Assembly: GCA_900617105.1 (NCBI GenBank) | Contig: UYFQ01000506.1 | Location: forward strand, 62,001-126,000 | Source of the DNA: Hydrurus foetidus | Taxonomy: Eukaryota | Direction of reading: 5' to 3' | Length of the DNA: 64,000 bases | Shown: positions 46,394 through 57,935 of the stretch, one piece after another | Layout: each line of letters opens with the position of its first letter | Position numbering within the stretch: the stretch's first letter is position 1 | The notes under the pieces: generated by a model | The model's input: the letters and a program-made list of their open reading frames with translations, nothing else | Databases searched by the model: none | Told to the model about the DNA's origin: nothing | Made by a program: the position numbers and the translations under genes

Positions 46394-48265
46394 ACCCAGC
46401 AGCTGATCCTGGGGGGGCGGCAACCGGACCTGCGCGGCCCACGCACGCTGGACGCCCTGCTGGCCCTGGCCGCCGCCGGCCACGTCACGCCCGAGGACGC
46501 CGGCTGGCTGGCCAAGGCCTATCAGGACCTGCGCGCGCTGGAACATCGCGCCCAGATGATCGCCGATGACCAGACCCACAAGCTGCCGGAATCCGACACC
46601 GACCGGAAGAAGGTCGCGGCGCTCTGGAACCACGACAACCTGCGCAGCTTTGATGCGACCGTCGGCAAGATCCTGAAGGGCGTGAACCTGCGCTATGGCC
46701 GCCTGTTCGCCGGCGAGGAGGAGCTGTCCTCGCGCTTTGGCAGCCTGGTCTTCACCGGCGTCGAGGACGATCCGGAGACGCTCGCCACCCTCAAGCGCAT
46801 GGGCTTTTCCAGCCCCGAGCGGGTCGCCGCCACCATTCGCAGCTGGCACCATGGCCGCATCGCCGCCACCCGCACCGAGCGGGGGCGCGAGCTGTTCACG
46901 CGGCTGGCGCCGCGCCTGCTGGACGCCGCCAACGCCACCGGCGCGCCGGACACGGCTTTCAACCGCTTTGCAGACTTCTTCGCGTTGCTGAGTTCGGGCG
47001 TGCAGATCCAGTCGCTGTTCCTGGCCCAGCCCCGCCTGTTCGAACTGATTGTCGAGGTTATGGCCTTCGCCCCGCGTCTGGCGGCCACCCTGGCGCGGCG
47101 TCCGACGGCGCTCGACGCCCTGCTGGACCCGGCTTTTTTCGGGCCCATGGCCGTTCCCGAAATCGCGCCCTGGGACCTTGAGGATTTCGAGGGCGCGATG
47201 AACGCCGCCCGCCGCCTCTTCCGGGATCAGAGCTTCCGGATCGGCGTACGGGTGATGAGCGGCACCGCCGGGGCCAGCGACGTGGGCGCCGCCTTCGCGG
47301 GTCTGGGCGACCTGATCGTCGGGGGCCTGGCGCCCGCCGCCCTGGCGGAGACTGTGCGCATCGGCGGCGAGTTTCCCGGCGAGGTCGCCGTGGTGGCCCT
47401 GGGCAAGGCCGGCTCGCGCGAGATGACCGCCAAGTCGGACCTCGACCTGATGACGCTCTATGCGGTCGATGATCCCGCTGCCCAAGGGGGGGCGTTGTCG
47501 TCGATCAAGAGCTGGAGCGCTGACAGTTTCTACGCCCGTTTCACCCAGCGCCTGACGTCGGCCCTGTCGGCGCCGACAGGGGAGGGCACGCTCTACGAGG
47601 TGGACCTGAAGCTGCGGCCTTCGGGGACAAAGGGGCCGGTCGCCGTCAGTTTCGCCGCCTTCGAGGACTATTACGCCCGCGAGGCCGAGACCTGGGAGCT
47701 GCTGGCCCTGACCCGCGCCCGGGTGATGTGGGCCAGCTCGCCGGCCTTCCAGGCTCGCGCCGAGGCGGCCATCGAGGCCGCCCTGCGCCGCTCGCGCGAT
47801 CCGGTGAAGACCGCCGCCGACGTGCTGGAGATGCGCGAACTGATGGAGCAGGAGCGTCCGGGCAAGGGTGTGTGGGACCTGAAGCTGACACCGGGCGGCC
47901 TGGTGGACATCGAATTCGTCGCCCAGTTTCTGCAGCTCAGGCACGCCGCCGATGGCGGCCCCCTGGCGCAGAATACGGGCGAGGCGCTGGCGGCGCTCAG
48001 GGCGGCGGGTCTGGCGGACGATACGGCCCTGGCCTGCCTGGAGGCGGCCTGGCGGTTGGAGCAGGACCTGTCGCAGCTGATCAAGGTGGCGCTGGAGGAC
48101 GGCGGCGATCCTGACAGCGAGCCCAAGGCCTTCAGGGTCCTGCTGGCGCGCGCCGGGCACGTCCGGGAATTCCGCTCGCTGAAGACCAAGCTGGCCAAGG
48201 CCAAGGTCGAGGCGCGGGCCGCTTTCGAGGCGATCATGCGCCGCGACGGAAAAGCTGGAGCCTGA
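45344..48265 (+). CDS. glnE: Bifunctional glutamine synthetase adenylyltransferase/deadenylase
   Basis: Two nucleotidyltransferase domains (MGKHGAFELNYSSDID, IDLRLRP; LGKAGSREMTAKSDLD, YEVDLKLRPSG) plus LKLGRGGIREIEF and GGLVDIEF. Confidence 0.96.
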
Positions 48266-48316
48266 CGTTCAACGGGCATGGGGACGGGCTTTCGACGTCT
48301 TGGAGACGCAAGTCAC

Positions 48317-48751
48317 ATGCTGAAAATCACACTGATCGCCGCCGGTTCGGTCCTGCTGCTCGCCGGCCAAGCCCTGGCGGCGCCGAAGGGCGCGGCCGCG
48401 CTGGACGCCAATGCCGACGGCAAGGTCACCCTCGCCGAATTCCAGGCCGGACGCGGCGGCCAGATGATGGCTCACCTTGACGCCGACAAGGATGGCAAGC
48501 TGTCGCGCGAAGAATTCTCGGCGATGCGCAAGCCCAGGCCAGATGCTCCGGCCGCCGACGCTGGCCGGGCCGGCAAGGGCGCCGAGCGGATGTGGGCGCG
48601 CGTGGACGCCGACAATGATGGCTTCCTGTCACGCGGCGAGATGGATGGCTTTCTGGTCAACCGTTTCAAGCGCATGGACGCCGACAATGATGGTGCGCTG
48701 AGCCTCACGGAGTTGAAGGCGGGCGCCGACAAGGCGAAGGTCGGGATCTGA
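48317..48751 (+). CDS. Exported EF-hand protein
   Basis: Signal peptide and four DxNxDG/DxDxDG loops. Confidence 0.88.
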   Translation: MLKITLIAAGSVLLLAGQALAAPKGAAALDANADGKVTLAEFQAGRGGQMMAHLDADKDGKLSREEFSAMRKPRPDAPAADAGRAGKGAERMWARVDADNDGFLSRGEMDGFLVNRFKRMDADNDGALSLTELKAGADKAKVGI

Positions 48752-48781
48752 TTGATGTGTTCACGCGCGGCGAGGTGAGGT

Positions 48782-49341
48782 TTGGCGGCCGAGGGGAGCG
48801 ATCCCGACGAGGCGCTGCTGACAGGGGTCGGCCGGGGGGACCCGGCCGCCGTTCGCCAGCTGCTGGACCGACGCTTGCCGCGCGTTCTCGCCCTGGCTCG
48901 CCGCATGCTGAACGACCCCTGCGAGGCCGAGGACGTGGCGCAGGAAACCTTCGTGAGAGCCTGGAAACAGGCGCGCTCCTGGCGGCCGGGCGGAGCGAAG
49001 TTCGATACCTGGCTGCACCGGGTTGCGCTGAACCTCTGCTACGATCGCCTCCGCCGCCGCCGCGAGGTGGTCACGGCCGAGCCGCCGGAGCAGGTGGACA
49101 CGGGGCCCGCGCCGGACGCCGGCCTTTTGGGTGCGGATCTGTCGCGGCGGGTCGAGTCGGCGCTGGCGGCCTTGCCCGCGCGTCAGCGCGAAGCCATCGT
49201 GCTGTGCCACCACCAGGGCTTGGGCAATATCGAAGCCGCCGCGCTGATGACCATCAGCGTCGAGGCGCTGGAAAGCTGCTGGGACGGGGCCGACGGGCGC
49301 TCAAGGCCTCGCTCGCCGACCTGGCGGGGTCTGGGCGATGA
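48782..49341 (+). CDS. ECF sigma-70 factor; frameshift near 49275
   Basis: AEDVAQETFVRAW, FDTWLHRVALNLCYDRLRR, LPARQREAIVL. Confidence 0.9.
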
Positions 49342-49354
49342 AGGAGATGGCGTC

Positions 49355-49775
49355 ATGACCATGACCGTCGAACGGTTCGCCGATCTGGCCGAAATCTATG
49401 GTGGCGACGTGTCCCGCTGGCCGGAGGCCAAGCGCGAATCGCGCGCGCCTGCTGGCCGCCGAGCCTGTGCGTCTGGAAGCGGTGCTGGCCGATGCGGCGC
49501 GGCTGGATCGTCTGCTCGACCTCGCGCCCGCTCAGTCCGCCGATGCGGCCCTGCTGGGCGGCTGATCTCGGCGGCTCCGCAGCCGGCAAGCGCCATGCAG
49601 GCTGGCTGGCCGGCGCCGCCCGCTTGGCCTGGGTGTTGCCGCTTTGGCGGGCGTCGCGGTCGGCGTGGCGATCGGTCAGGCTGATCACGGGCGCGCGCCT
49701 CAGGGCCAAAGCGTGATCGCTGCTGATTTCACCACAGACCTTTCCGAGGCCCTCGAGGAGCCCGCCGCCTTATGA
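49355..49775 (+). CDS. Probable membrane anti-sigma factor; several frameshifts
   Basis: ERFADLAEIYGGDVSRWPE N-terminus, a hydrophobic segment, and position directly after the ECF gene. Confidence 0.6.
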
Positions 49776-50391
49776 CCGTGTCCCGTTCGCTGCTGATCGG
49801 CCTGATCGTCTCGGCGGCGCTCAACGTGTTCCTCGTCGGCGGTGTCGTTGGCGTGCTGTGGGTGCGTCAGACCCCGCCGGATCCCGTGGTGCAACCCTCA
49901 CGGGCTGCGGCGGGTCGTCGACGACGCCGGCCGCGTCGACAGGTCCTGTGGACGAGGTCGCACAGGCGCCACTTCAGCCCAGGCCGTCGCCATCACAATC
50001 GCCACAGCCGCCTGCCGCCGTGGCTGTCCCGCCGGGCGAAGCGCCGGCGCGGCCCCAGCTGTGGACCGCTGGCGAGAGACTGTCGCAGGAGAGTCGCCAG
50101 ACGCTAAGGCGAACCTTGCGTGAGGCCAATCAACGCAATCAGCCGATCGTCCGGCAGGCTCGCGCCGAACGGCAGGCCGCGCTGCAGGCGTTCAAGGCCA
50201 TGCCGTATGATCCGGCCGTCGCCGGTCAGCATCTGGCCGCTGCCCGGGCGCTTGATGGTCAGGCGCGGACGAATGTCGAAGGGGCGCTTGCGACCTTTGC
50301 GGCGAGCTTGTCGGTGGACGAGCGAGCCGCCTTGGCCGAGGGCCTGCAGCGGGTCTATGCGCAGCGCGCCCGGACGGAGGTGACCCGCTAG
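49772..50391 (+). CDS. Periplasmic heavy-metal-sensor (CnrX/Spy-like) helical protein; frameshift near 49900
   Basis: LIVSAALNVFLVGGVVG anchor; helical C-terminus FKAMPYDP...LSVDERAALAE. Confidence 0.7.
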
Positions 50392-51482
50392 TTGTGGGTC
50401 AAGGTGCGAACGTCTCGGACGAGTCGGTCGAGGGTCGCCGTCCAGTCGGCGTCCCTCAGGTCGCGCCGATAGAGGCGCAGGCTGGGATACCACGGCGATG
50501 TGTCGCGATCCCGCAACCAGCGCCAGTCCGTCCCCAGATGCGGCAGCAGGACGAAGCACGGGCGGCCGAGTGCGCCCGCCAGGTGCGCCACGGAGGTATC
50601 GACGGTGATCACCAGGTCAAGTTGCTCGATAATCGCCGCAGTTTCAGCGAAATCCTGGGCGCCGGTTTCGGCGGGATCCAGGCCCATCACATGGCCCGGG
50701 AGGCTTGCGCGTAGCTGGGTCGCGGCTTCTGGCGGAAGCGACCGGTTGGCGTCGTTGCTGTGGTGAGGGTTGCCACGAAGCTGGACGCCGATCTTGAAGC
50801 CCGGCGGGAGCGGCGCCCAGTTCGCGGGTGTGCGCAGATAGGGCTGGGTCGGAAGAGTTTCCAGCGTCACGCCCAGACGGCCCACCAGTCCGCCGGCCAT
50901 CGCCCAGAAGTCAGGATCCGGAAACTCGACCGCGCCCACTGCCGCCAAGACGTTTGCGCCCGGAAAGCTGTGGCGGAACAGCGTCACCAGTTCCGCCCGG
51001 GTAAGCAGGATAACCTCGGCCCCTTCGGCCTGCAGGCGCGGCACGAACCGGGCGAACTGGATGTGGTCGCCAAAACCCTGTTCGGGAAAGATCGCAATTC
51101 GCTTTCCGGTCAGATCCTCGCCGTTCCATTGCGGAAACGGGAAAGCCGTGGCGCTCGGCAAGGCCAGGGCCGGCACCTCGTGACGCGATTCGTAGTGCGC
51201 CCAGCCTTCCGTGTATTGTCCCTGCGCCATCAGGTTCACCGCCAACGCCTGGCGGATGAGCGCCAGGTCGGGTTTCAGGCCAAGGGCCCGGCGAAGGACC
51301 TGCTCGCCCTCTTCAAGCGCGCCGATCTGGTTGAGCGCAACGCCAAGGCTGAGAAGAAGATCAGCATTGCGCGGCTCGACCTGGGCGAGGTCTCGGAAGA
51401 TTTCCGTCGCCTCCACGAGCTTGCCGGCAGCGCGTAGCGCGATGGCGTCGGCGAGCATATCGGCCAGGCGTCTCGAACTCAT
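50388..51482 (-). CDS. TPR-containing glycosyltransferase-family-9-like protein
   Basis: N-terminal TPRs, [47 protein letters not shown]. Confidence 0.85.
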   Translation of the reverse strand: MSSRRLADMLADAIALRAAGKLVEATEIFRDLAQVEPRNADLLLSLGVALNQIGALEEGEQVLRRALGLKPDLALIRQALAVNLMAQGQYTEGWAHYESRHEVPALALPSATAFPFPQWNGEDLTGKRIAIFPEQGFGDHIQFARFVPRLQAEGAEVILLTRAELVTLFRHSFPGANVLAAVGAVEFPDPDFWAMAGGLVGRLGVTLETLPTQPYLRTPANWAPLPPGFKIGVQLRGNPHHSNDANRSLPPEAATQLRASLPGHVMGLDPAETGAQDFAETAAIIEQLDLVITVDTSVAHLAGALGRPCFVLLPHLGTDWRWLRDRDTSPWYPSLRLYRRDLRDADWTATLDRLVRDVRTLTHN

Positions 51483-51602
51483 GATTTCGCGTCTCTCGTC
51501 GACAAACACCCCGCTTGGGCCGCCAAGGCAGGCGTAATGTCAACCTTGCGGCTCGAACGCTTGGGGTCGGCCCGTAGCCTGATCGAAAATCGCGTTTTGG
51601 AC

Positions 51603-51628
51603 GTAACCAATCGGCGAGGTCATGCGTA
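51603..51628 (+). promoter_or_regulatory. ECF (Caulobacter SigF-type) promoter GTAACC-N16-CGTA
   Basis: GTAACC at 51603-51608 and CGTA at 51625-51628, about 30 bp upstream of msrP. Confidence 0.6.
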
Positions 51629-51659
51629 TCTTCCGAAAGACCTCGCACCGGAGCCCGCC

Positions 51660-52579
51660 ATGTTGATCCGCAACGCCCCTGACCTGACCGAGAATGAGGT
51701 CACCGATCACGGCCTCTATATGCGCCGACGCGAGTTCATCGGCGGTGCGGCGGGGCTGGGTCTGGCAGGCCTGGCCGGAGCGGCCGGCGCGGCGCCGCTC
51801 AGCTATTCCAAGGGCTTTTCGACCTCCGAGAAGGCGACGTCCCTGGAAGACATTACCACCTACAACAACTTCTATGAGTTCGGGGTCGACAAGGCCGATC
51901 CGGCGCAAAACGCCGGCAAGCTGAAGACGCGGCCCTGGACGGTGCGCATCGACGGCGAGTGCGAGGCGCCGCGCACGGTCGGGATCGATGATCTGATCAA
52001 GGCCAACAAGCTGGAAGAGCGTATCTACCGCATGCGCTGTGTCGAGGGCTGGTCGATGGTGATCCCCTGGGTTGGTTTTCCGCTGAAGGACCTGATCGCC
52101 TCGGTCAAGCCGACTTCCAAGGCCAAATATGTGGCGTTCGAGACCCTGATGCGGCCTTCGGAAATGACGGGCCAGGCCTGGAACGTGCTGGAGTGGCCTT
52201 ATCGCGAAGGTCTCCGAATTGACGAGGCCACCCATCCCCTGACCCTTCTGGCGGTGGGTCTGTATGGCGAGACCCTGCCCAACCAGAACGGCGCGCGCTG
52301 CGGCTGGTCGTACCCTGGAAATATGGCTTCAAGGGCATCAAGTCGATCGTGCGGATTACCCTGACCGACAAGCAGCCGCGTACGGCCTGGAACGTCTCGG
52401 CCCCGCGCGAATACGGCTTCTACTCCAACGTCAATCCGGCCGTGGACCACCCCCGCTGGTCGCAGGCCAGCGAGCGCCGCATTGGCGAGTTTCGTCGGCG
52501 CGAGACCCTGCCGTTCAATGGTTATGGCCAGTACGTCGCCGACCTGTATCGCGGCATGGACCTGAAGAAGAATTTCTGA
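51660..52579 (+). CDS. msrP: Methionine-sulfoxide reductase catalytic molybdoenzyme subunit; frameshift near 52295
   Basis: RRREFI Tat motif, [42 protein letters not shown]. Confidence 0.95.
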
Positions 52580-53215
52580 TGGACCAGAGCCTCGCCGCGC
52601 CCGCGCCGCCAGCCGGCGCAAGCGCCCGTCAAGCTGCAGGACAACCTGGTCTATGGCCTGGTCTGGCTGGCCTGTTTCGCGCCGCTGATCTGGCTGGCGT
52701 GGAAGGGCTTCAACGGCGACCTGGGCGCCAATCCGATCGAGAAGCTGATCCGACAGCTGGGCGTCTGGGGTCTGCGGCTCCTGCTGGTTGGCCTGGCGAT
52801 CACCCCGGCGGCGCGGATCCTGAAGATGCCGCGCCTGGTGCGTTTCCGGCGCACGGTGGGGCTTTTCGCATTCAGCTACATCGTGCTGCACCTGAGCGCC
52901 TATGTGGGTGTCGACCTGTTCTTCGACTTTGGTCAGCTGTGGAAGGACATCCTCAAGCGGCCCTTCATCACCCTGGGCATGGGCGCGTTCGTTCTGCTGA
53001 TCCCTCTGGCCGTGACCTCGACCAATGGCTGGATCATCCGCATGGGCCGGGCCGCGTGGCAGAGGCTGCACTGGCTGATCTACCTGATCGCGCCCCTGGG
53101 TGTGGCCCACTACTACCTGTTGGTGAAAGCCGACCATCGGCCGCCGGTGATCTATGCGGCGGTGTTCACGGTGCTGATGGCCTGGCGGGTCTGGGACAGG
53201 GTTCGGCGGGCTTAG
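52579..53215 (+). CDS. msrQ: Methionine-sulfoxide reductase heme-binding membrane subunit; 5' frameshift
   Basis: LGANPIE, RRTVGLFAFSY, KRPFITLG, LAVTS, WQRLHWLIY; TGATG coupling to msrP. Confidence 0.93.
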
Positions 53216-53221
53216 CGCGAC

Positions 53222-53260
53222 ACCTGCCCCCTCCGGACTGACGAAGGGGGCAGGTATTTT
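53222..53260 (+). terminator. Terminator between the convergent msrQ and dipeptidase genes
   Basis: ACCTGCCCCCT...AGGGGGCAGGT stem followed by ATTTT. Confidence 0.65.
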
Positions 53261-53263
53261 GGC

Positions 53264-54498
53264 CTATTTCGTCGCCACGCTCTTGGCGTAGGCTTGAGCC
53301 TGTCCCACCAGCCGCAGCACATTGCCGCTCCAGATCGCCTCGATGTCGGCGTCCGAATAGCCTTCAGCCTTCAGGCGCGCGGTGATCTTGGGCAGATCGG
53401 CCACGTCTTCCAGGCCCTCCACGCCGCCGCCGCCGTCCCAGTCGGCGCCGACGCAGACGCCTTTGGGACCGGCGATCTTCAGGGTGTGCAGCATGCTGGC
53501 CATGAAGATGTCGAAGTTGGCCCGGGTTGGCGGAAACTGCTTGTCGATCGCGACACGCTTGGCCATCCAGGCGACGACATCGGCCTGGGTGGCTTCGTCG
53601 CGTGGCGGACGGCCAAGGCCTTCCAGCGCGGCCTTTCGTTCGGGACTCGGGGCGGCCGAGGCGATCAGATAGACCGAGTTGATACAGACCGCGCCGCCGC
53701 TGTCGCCGATCTGCTTGATCAGGGCGTCGTTCAAATTGCGCGGGTGATCGAAGACCGCCCGGGCCCCGCTGTGCGAGGCGATTACCGGCGACTTTGACAG
53801 AGCTATGGATTGGCTGACCACCTCGTCTGACGCGTGGCTGACGTCAACCAGTACGCCCAGCCGATTGGCTTCGGCGAGCCAGCGCAAGCCCAGTGGCGAA
53901 TAGCCGTTCCAGATCTTGCCCTTTGGGTCGGTTGAACTGTCGGCGAACTGGTTGTTGCGGAAGTGCACCGGGCCCGCCATCCGCACGCCGGCCTCGTAGA
54001 AGGTCTGCATCAGGGTGAGGTCCTCACCCATCGGCCAGCTGTTCTCGATGCTCTGATAGACGAACGACTTGCCGCCCTTGCTGATGCGGGCGGCGTCCTC
54101 GGCCGTGAAGGCCAGTTCGAACTTGTCGGGGTGAGCGGCGACCATCTCGCGGATGTCGACGGCGCGTTTCAGGGCGAAGTCGCGGGCGTAACGATAGCCC
54201 TCGGCGGTCAGGTCGCCCTGGCCGGTATAGATCACGTAGAAGCCGCCATCGAGGCCGCCGGCCTTCATGCGCGGCAGGTCAACCTGGGTGCCGTCCAGGG
54301 TCACTGCGTGACCGTCCAGCATGCTCCAGCCGGGGCGTCCGAAGTGTTCGGGTGTGTCCAGATGGGTGTCGAGCGTCAGCATCTTCTGGTGGGCGGCCAT
54401 GTCGGCCTTGGACACGGCCGGCGCGGGCGGGGCCGCGTTGGCGACCGTGAAAAGAAGGGCGGCGGAGCCGAGAAGGCGGTCAGAAGGCGATAGGGCAT
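53264..54498 (-). CDS. Membrane (renal-type, M19) dipeptidase; signal region frameshifted
   Basis: [44 protein letters not shown]. Confidence 0.9.
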
Positions 54499-54584
54499 CG
54501 AGACTCCGAACATGGGACGCGAACTGGAGCGGCCACGCTCACGGATGGCTGCGGGCGCGTCAAGGCGAAGCCGACGTCAGGCGC

Positions 54585-55295
54585 TCAGATCAATCCCAAC
54601 GCCTTGAAGCTGGCCACACCCTCGCGGCCAACCACCAGATGGTCATGCACACCGATCTTCAGCGCGCGGCCAGCCTCGATCACCTGCTTGGTCATGTCTA
54701 TGTCAGGTCTGGATGGCGTCGGGTCCCCTGAGGGATGGTTGTGCAGCAGGATGATGTTGCTGCTGGAAAGCTCCAGGGCCCGCCGCATGACCTCGCGCGG
54801 ATAGACCGGCGCGTGATCGACCGTGCCGCGGTTCATGATCTCGTCTGCGATCAACTGGTTTTCTTGTCCAGAAACAGCGCGAAACTGTTCGCGCGGCTCG
54901 TTGGCCAGGGCGACGCGGACATAGCCCAACAGGGCGCTCCAGGACGAGATCACCGGGCGCTTGGCGATCTTGTCGCGACCTGCCCGCATGGCCGCCTCGT
55001 GCAGCAGCTTGATGTCGATGGCGGCGGTCTCGCCAATCCCCGGCACGGTCTTGAGTTCGTCGATCGAGGCGCTGATCACCGCGCCGAACGAGCCGAACCG
55101 CGCCATCAGCGCCTTGGCCTTGGGCTTGACGTCTCCCCGCGCGAAAGTGCGGAAGAGATAGAGCTCAAGCAGCTCATAGTCGGGCAGGGCGACCAGCCCT
55201 CCCGCCATGGCCCGCGTGCGCAGGCGTTCTCGGTGGCCCATGTGATGGGCCGCCGGCGTCATGTCGGATACGCCTAGGGATCGTGCGCTGACCAT
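54585..55295 (-). CDS. radC: RadC/JAB-domain protein (UPF0758)
   Basis: GHRERLR, DYELLEL, VYPREV, HNHPSGDPTPS, DHLVVG. Confidence 0.93.
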   Translation of the reverse strand: MVSARSLGVSDMTPAAHHMGHRERLRTRAMAGGLVALPDYELLELYLFRTFARGDVKPKAKALMARFGSFGAVISASIDELKTVPGIGETAAIDIKLLHEAAMRAGRDKIAKRPVISSWSALLGYVRVALANEPREQFRAVSGQENQLIADEIMNRGTVDHAPVYPREVMRRALELSSSNIILLHNHPSGDPTPSRPDIDMTKQVIEAGRALKIGVHDHLVVGREGVASFKALGLI

Positions 55296-55355
55296 AACGC
55301 CCCCGAGTCAGGAGCGAGTATCTGGCCTCAACATCTCAGGGTTGTCGAGGCCTGA

Positions 55356-56185
55356 TCAGTTACCCAGCACAGGCGGCTGGAACAGGCCCGCCGGCGAGCC
55401 GGTGAAGACCTCGTAGCCGTCTTCCGTCACGCCGATCGAATGCTCGCACTGGGCCGACAGTGACTTGTCACGGGTCACGGCGGTCCAGCCGTCGCCCAGC
55501 ACCTTCACGGCCGGCTTGCCCAGATTGACCATCGGCTCAACGGTGAAGAACATCCCCGGCTTCAGCACTGCGCCCTGACCCGGGCGGCCAAAGTGCAGAA
55601 TGTTGGGCGCGTCGTGGAACACCTTGCCAAGGCCGTGACCGCAGAAGTCGCGAACGACGCTGCAGCGCTGCGCCTCGACATAGCTCTGGATGGCGTGGCC
55701 GATATCGCCCAGGGTTGCGCCGGGCTTCACGGCAGCGAGGCCCCGCGCCATGCCTTCATAGGTAATCTCGATCAGGCGGCGGGCGCGAGGTCCCACCTCG
55801 CCAACACCGTACATACGCGAGGTGTCGCCATGCCAGCCGTCCACAATCACGGTCACGTCGATGTTGACGATGTCGCCCTCGCGCAGCGCCAGTCGCCGGG
55901 GATGCCGTGGCAGACCACGTGATTGCGCGAAATGCAGACCGTCTTGGGATAGCCGCGATAGAAAAGGCAGGCCGGGATAGCCTTGTGGTCGAGGATGAAT
56001 TCGCGGGCCAGGGTGTCGAGATAATCCGACGAGACGCCGGGAACCACATGCGGGATCAGCATGTCCAGGCATTCAGCGGCCAGCTTTCCGGCCTTGCGCA
56101 TGCCCTCGAAATCCTCGGCCTTGTGGATCTTGATCGCGCCGGTGCGGGTCTCGGATTCAATCTCAAGGGCGTCGTCAAGGGTCAT
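55356..56185 (-). CDS. map: Type I methionine aminopeptidase; frameshift near 55890
   Basis: MRKAGKLAA, YRGYPKTVCIS.NHVVCHGIP, DIVNIDVT, GDTSRM, CGHGLG, FTVEPM, SAQCEH. Confidence 0.95.
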
Positions 56186-56286
56186 GGCGTACTCGGGCAG
56201 GGCAGTCGGCGTTGAACGGTATCTCGCCATGATAGCATGAAACTTCAATGGCCGCCCCTGCCAGATCATCGCGCCGGAGCGATGTC

Positions 56287-56311
56287 TTGACAAAAATGAC
56301 GCCTGCGTCAT
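56287..56311 (+). promoter_or_regulatory. Promoter with TTGACA followed by a palindromic operator ATGACGC-CT-GCGTCAT
   Basis: TTGACA at 56287-56292 and a perfect 7-bp inverted repeat at 56296-56311, upstream of the desaturase operon. Confidence 0.55.
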
Positions 56312-56363
56312 CTTTTGCGTCGCGCTGGCGTCCAGACCGGCCGAAGCGGGAAGGCAAGCAACC

Positions 56364-56558
56364 ATGCAGCAGATTCTGACAGGCCTGTTCAGGGTCATGC
56401 CGCTGCTGTTCGGACTTGGTTTCCTGGCGCCCCTGCTGGCGCAGATCGTCGAGCGTTTCGGATGGGTCCTGCCCAATGGCCTGACGCCCCTCGTGCTGGG
56501 TCTGGTGGTCGGCGGACTGTGGGGCAGTTTCGCCACCCTGAAGGGCCGCTGGATATGA
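56364..56558 (+). CDS. Small two-TM membrane protein
   Basis: Two hydrophobic helices; ATGA overlap with the desaturase. Confidence 0.7.
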   Translation: MQQILTGLFRVMPLLFGLGFLAPLLAQIVERFGWVLPNGLTPLVLGLVVGGLWGSFATLKGRWI

Positions 56559-57447
56559 GCGCTCCGACCCTCACCGACGCCGAGGTCGCCGGCCTCGACG
56601 AGCGGGCCCTGATCAAGCTCGAAAAGACGGTTGCCGAAGCTATCTGGGCGGCGTGCCCTGGGGCTCCGTGACCTGGGCCCTGGTCAACACCGCCGTCTGG
56701 TTTGCGCTCTGGCCCCTGACCCTCTCAGGGCTCTTGCCGCTCTGGGCGGCTTTCCCGATCGCGACCATCAGCATCGCCCTGAGCTATCTGCCCTCGCATG
56801 AGGCCCAACACCGCATCATCGCCCGCGAAGGTCAGCCGCTGTTCTGGCTGAACGAGCTGGTCGGCCATATCTCGACCCTGTCTCTGGTGTTGCCCTATGA
56901 CGTGGCCCGCCTGACCCACTACGAGCACCACAAGCACGCCAATCATCCGGAGCTTGATCCGGACTACAGCACCCATGCCGACGGAACCCTGGATTTCCTG
57001 CGCCGGACCATCGCCAACCGTCAGCCCTCGGGCGCCGGGGACAAGGCCTATGGCGAGACGCTCATGCGGCTGAACACCGACGAGGCCCGTCGCGCGATGC
57101 TCGTCGCCGTCATCTATCGGCTAGGCCATTTTTCGATCCTGTTCGCCTTGGCCTGGAGCGGCCATGCGATCGAGGCGGCGCTGATCTGGTGGTTGCCGCG
57201 CCAGCTGGCGGCCACCTACATCCAGTACTTCCTGAGCTTCGCCCCGCACCACCCGGCCAAGGCGATCGGCCGCTACCGCGATACCCGTGGCTTCAGAAGT
57301 CCGCTGGGCAATGTTTTGACCATGGGGATGCAGTTCCACATCATCCACCACCTCTATCCGCGCATCCCGCTGATGCGGACCCCGGCGGCCTATTGGGCGA
57401 TGCGGCCAGTTCTGAAGGCCCGAGGTTGTGACCTGGGCGCGCTATAG
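56555..57447 (+). CDS. Membrane fatty-acid desaturase/hydroxylase; frameshift near 56640
   Basis: His boxes HEAQH, HYEHH, HIIHHLYP. Confidence 0.88.
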
Positions 57448-57465
57448 GCGCGGCGCGTCGGCGGT

Positions 57466-57855
57466 TCAGTGATTGATGCGACGAGCCTCGCCCGGCGTGG
57501 CGGCGGGCTTCAGCTCTTCCAGGAAGCGCGCCTCCAGAGTCGTCGGCCGGTCGCGACGCACACGGCACACGCCCTTGTAGCGGGTCACCCGGCCCGAGGT
57601 CTTTTCGGTGATGTCGGCGGTGAAGGTCACGTCCCATTCGCCGGGCTTGCCGAGTGCGACCGGGTGCATGTCGCTTGAGTTCACCCCGACCACAGGACCC
57701 AGGCCGAACTGCTCCTCCAGCTTGTTGGTGCAGGCCTTGAAGGCGAAGACCGCCCGGGCGGCCGTCATCATGCCGCTTTCCTTGCCATCCGAAGATGCGC
57801 CGCACGCAGAGAGAGCCAGGACGGCGCACAGGGCCGTCAGGGTCGAGAATTTCAT
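57466..57855 (-). CDS. Lipoprotein of unknown function
   Basis: Lipobox LSAC. Confidence 0.65.
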   Translation of the reverse strand: MKFSTLTALCAVLALSACGASSDGKESGMMTAARAVFAFKACTNKLEEQFGLGPVVGVNSSDMHPVALGKPGEWDVTFTADITEKTSGRVTRYKGVCRVRRDRPTTLEARFLEELKPAATPGEARRINH

Positions 57856-57935
57856 GTGCGGCGGTCCCCCGGGAGTTCGAGGCGCAGGGTTAGTCAGACG
57901 CGAGCCGATTGCAGCTTAATTCGCCGTCATGTCGG

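Noticed and set aside
45473..48160. Long antisense ORFs (also 889..2601, 3881..5842, 16758..18395, 20941..23229, 41931..43835)
   Set aside because: Shadow frames of well-supported high-GC genes, with no motifs of their own
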